This document shows, one piece after another, positions 63,909 through 64,000 of a stretch of DNA of 64,000 bases. The number at the start of each line of letters is the position of its first letter. The first letter of the stretch is position 1. The stretch covers positions 100,049,559 through 100,113,558 of the forward strand of contig NC_079159.1 in NCBI RefSeq assembly GCF_947563725.1. Direction: 5' to 3'. The stretch comes from Argiope bruennichi. Taxonomy: Eukaryota. The translations under genes and the position numbers were made by a program. The notes below the pieces were generated by a model, which had not been told where the DNA came from, ran no database searches, and worked only from the letters and a program-made list of their open reading frames with translations.

Positions 63909-64000
63909 TAATATGAAAAAGATTTTAATTGTGAATTAAGAAACAGGATATATGAAAAAGTGTTAAATCATGAATCAGAGATAAAGCATTTCTCTCAGAA

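Noticed and set aside
1-64000. Prokaryotic-style novel system: operon, defence island, CRISPR array or toxin-antitoxin pair
   Set aside because: The sequence is plainly eukaryotic. It shows GT…AG introns with polypyrimidine tracts, exons of 80-480 nt matching animal proteins across splice junctions, microsatellites, and Tc1, hAT and LINE relics. Apart from the single-exon PRC1-like ORF (1947 nt), the six-frame ORFs are at most 152 aa, and almost all are chance ORFs in 30% GC DNA. There are no direct-repeat/spacer arrays

Overview
This window is AT-rich (roughly 30% GC) eukaryotic nuclear DNA, probably from an invertebrate, not a prokaryotic locus. Nothing in it resembles an operon, a CRISPR array or a defence island. 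I did not find a novel biological system. The window does hold three protein-coding genes that I recognise from their translated exons, in a repeat-dense setting.

The three genes:
- A REEP5/REEP6-like gene (DP1/Yop1/TB2-HVA22 family) on the + strand. Four exons are resolved at 4340-4478, 8290-8383, 12090-12228 and 13468-13590. The terminal exon is unresolved.
- A full-length PRC1/Ase1/MAP65-family gene (fascetto-like cytokinesis regulator) on the - strand at 26039-27985. It sits in a single uninterrupted 648-codon ORF.
- An AASDH/ACSF4-U26-type gene on the + strand, oriented head-to-head with PRC1. Its product has a single NRPS-like module: adenylation domain, phosphopantetheine carrier domain, then a C-terminal PQQ-like beta-propeller. 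At least 12 exons are resolved between 33939 and 60372. A possible further exon starts at 63794, and the gene probably continues past the window.

The introns and intergenic DNA are full of mobile-element relics:
- A Tc1-like element with TA target-site duplications and about 650-bp inverted arms (15546-17237).
- An internally deleted hAT element with 18-bp terminal inverted repeats and an 8-bp duplication ACTGCGCC (20036-21808).
- A roughly 190-bp MITE family with CAGTTTAACCCCCT termini, present as two inverted copies on either side of REEP exon 1 plus a third fragment.
- A 3-prime fragment of a Jockey/CR1-type non-LTR retrotransposon.
- A tRNA-derived SINE-like block.
- A roughly 650-bp AT-rich dispersed repeat in four copies.
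- Assorted micro- and minisatellites.

All calls rest on reading translated exons and splice signals by eye and on family motifs I remember. I could not run similarity searches, so family assignments should be confirmed by BLAST/HMM searches and exon boundaries by RNA-seq.
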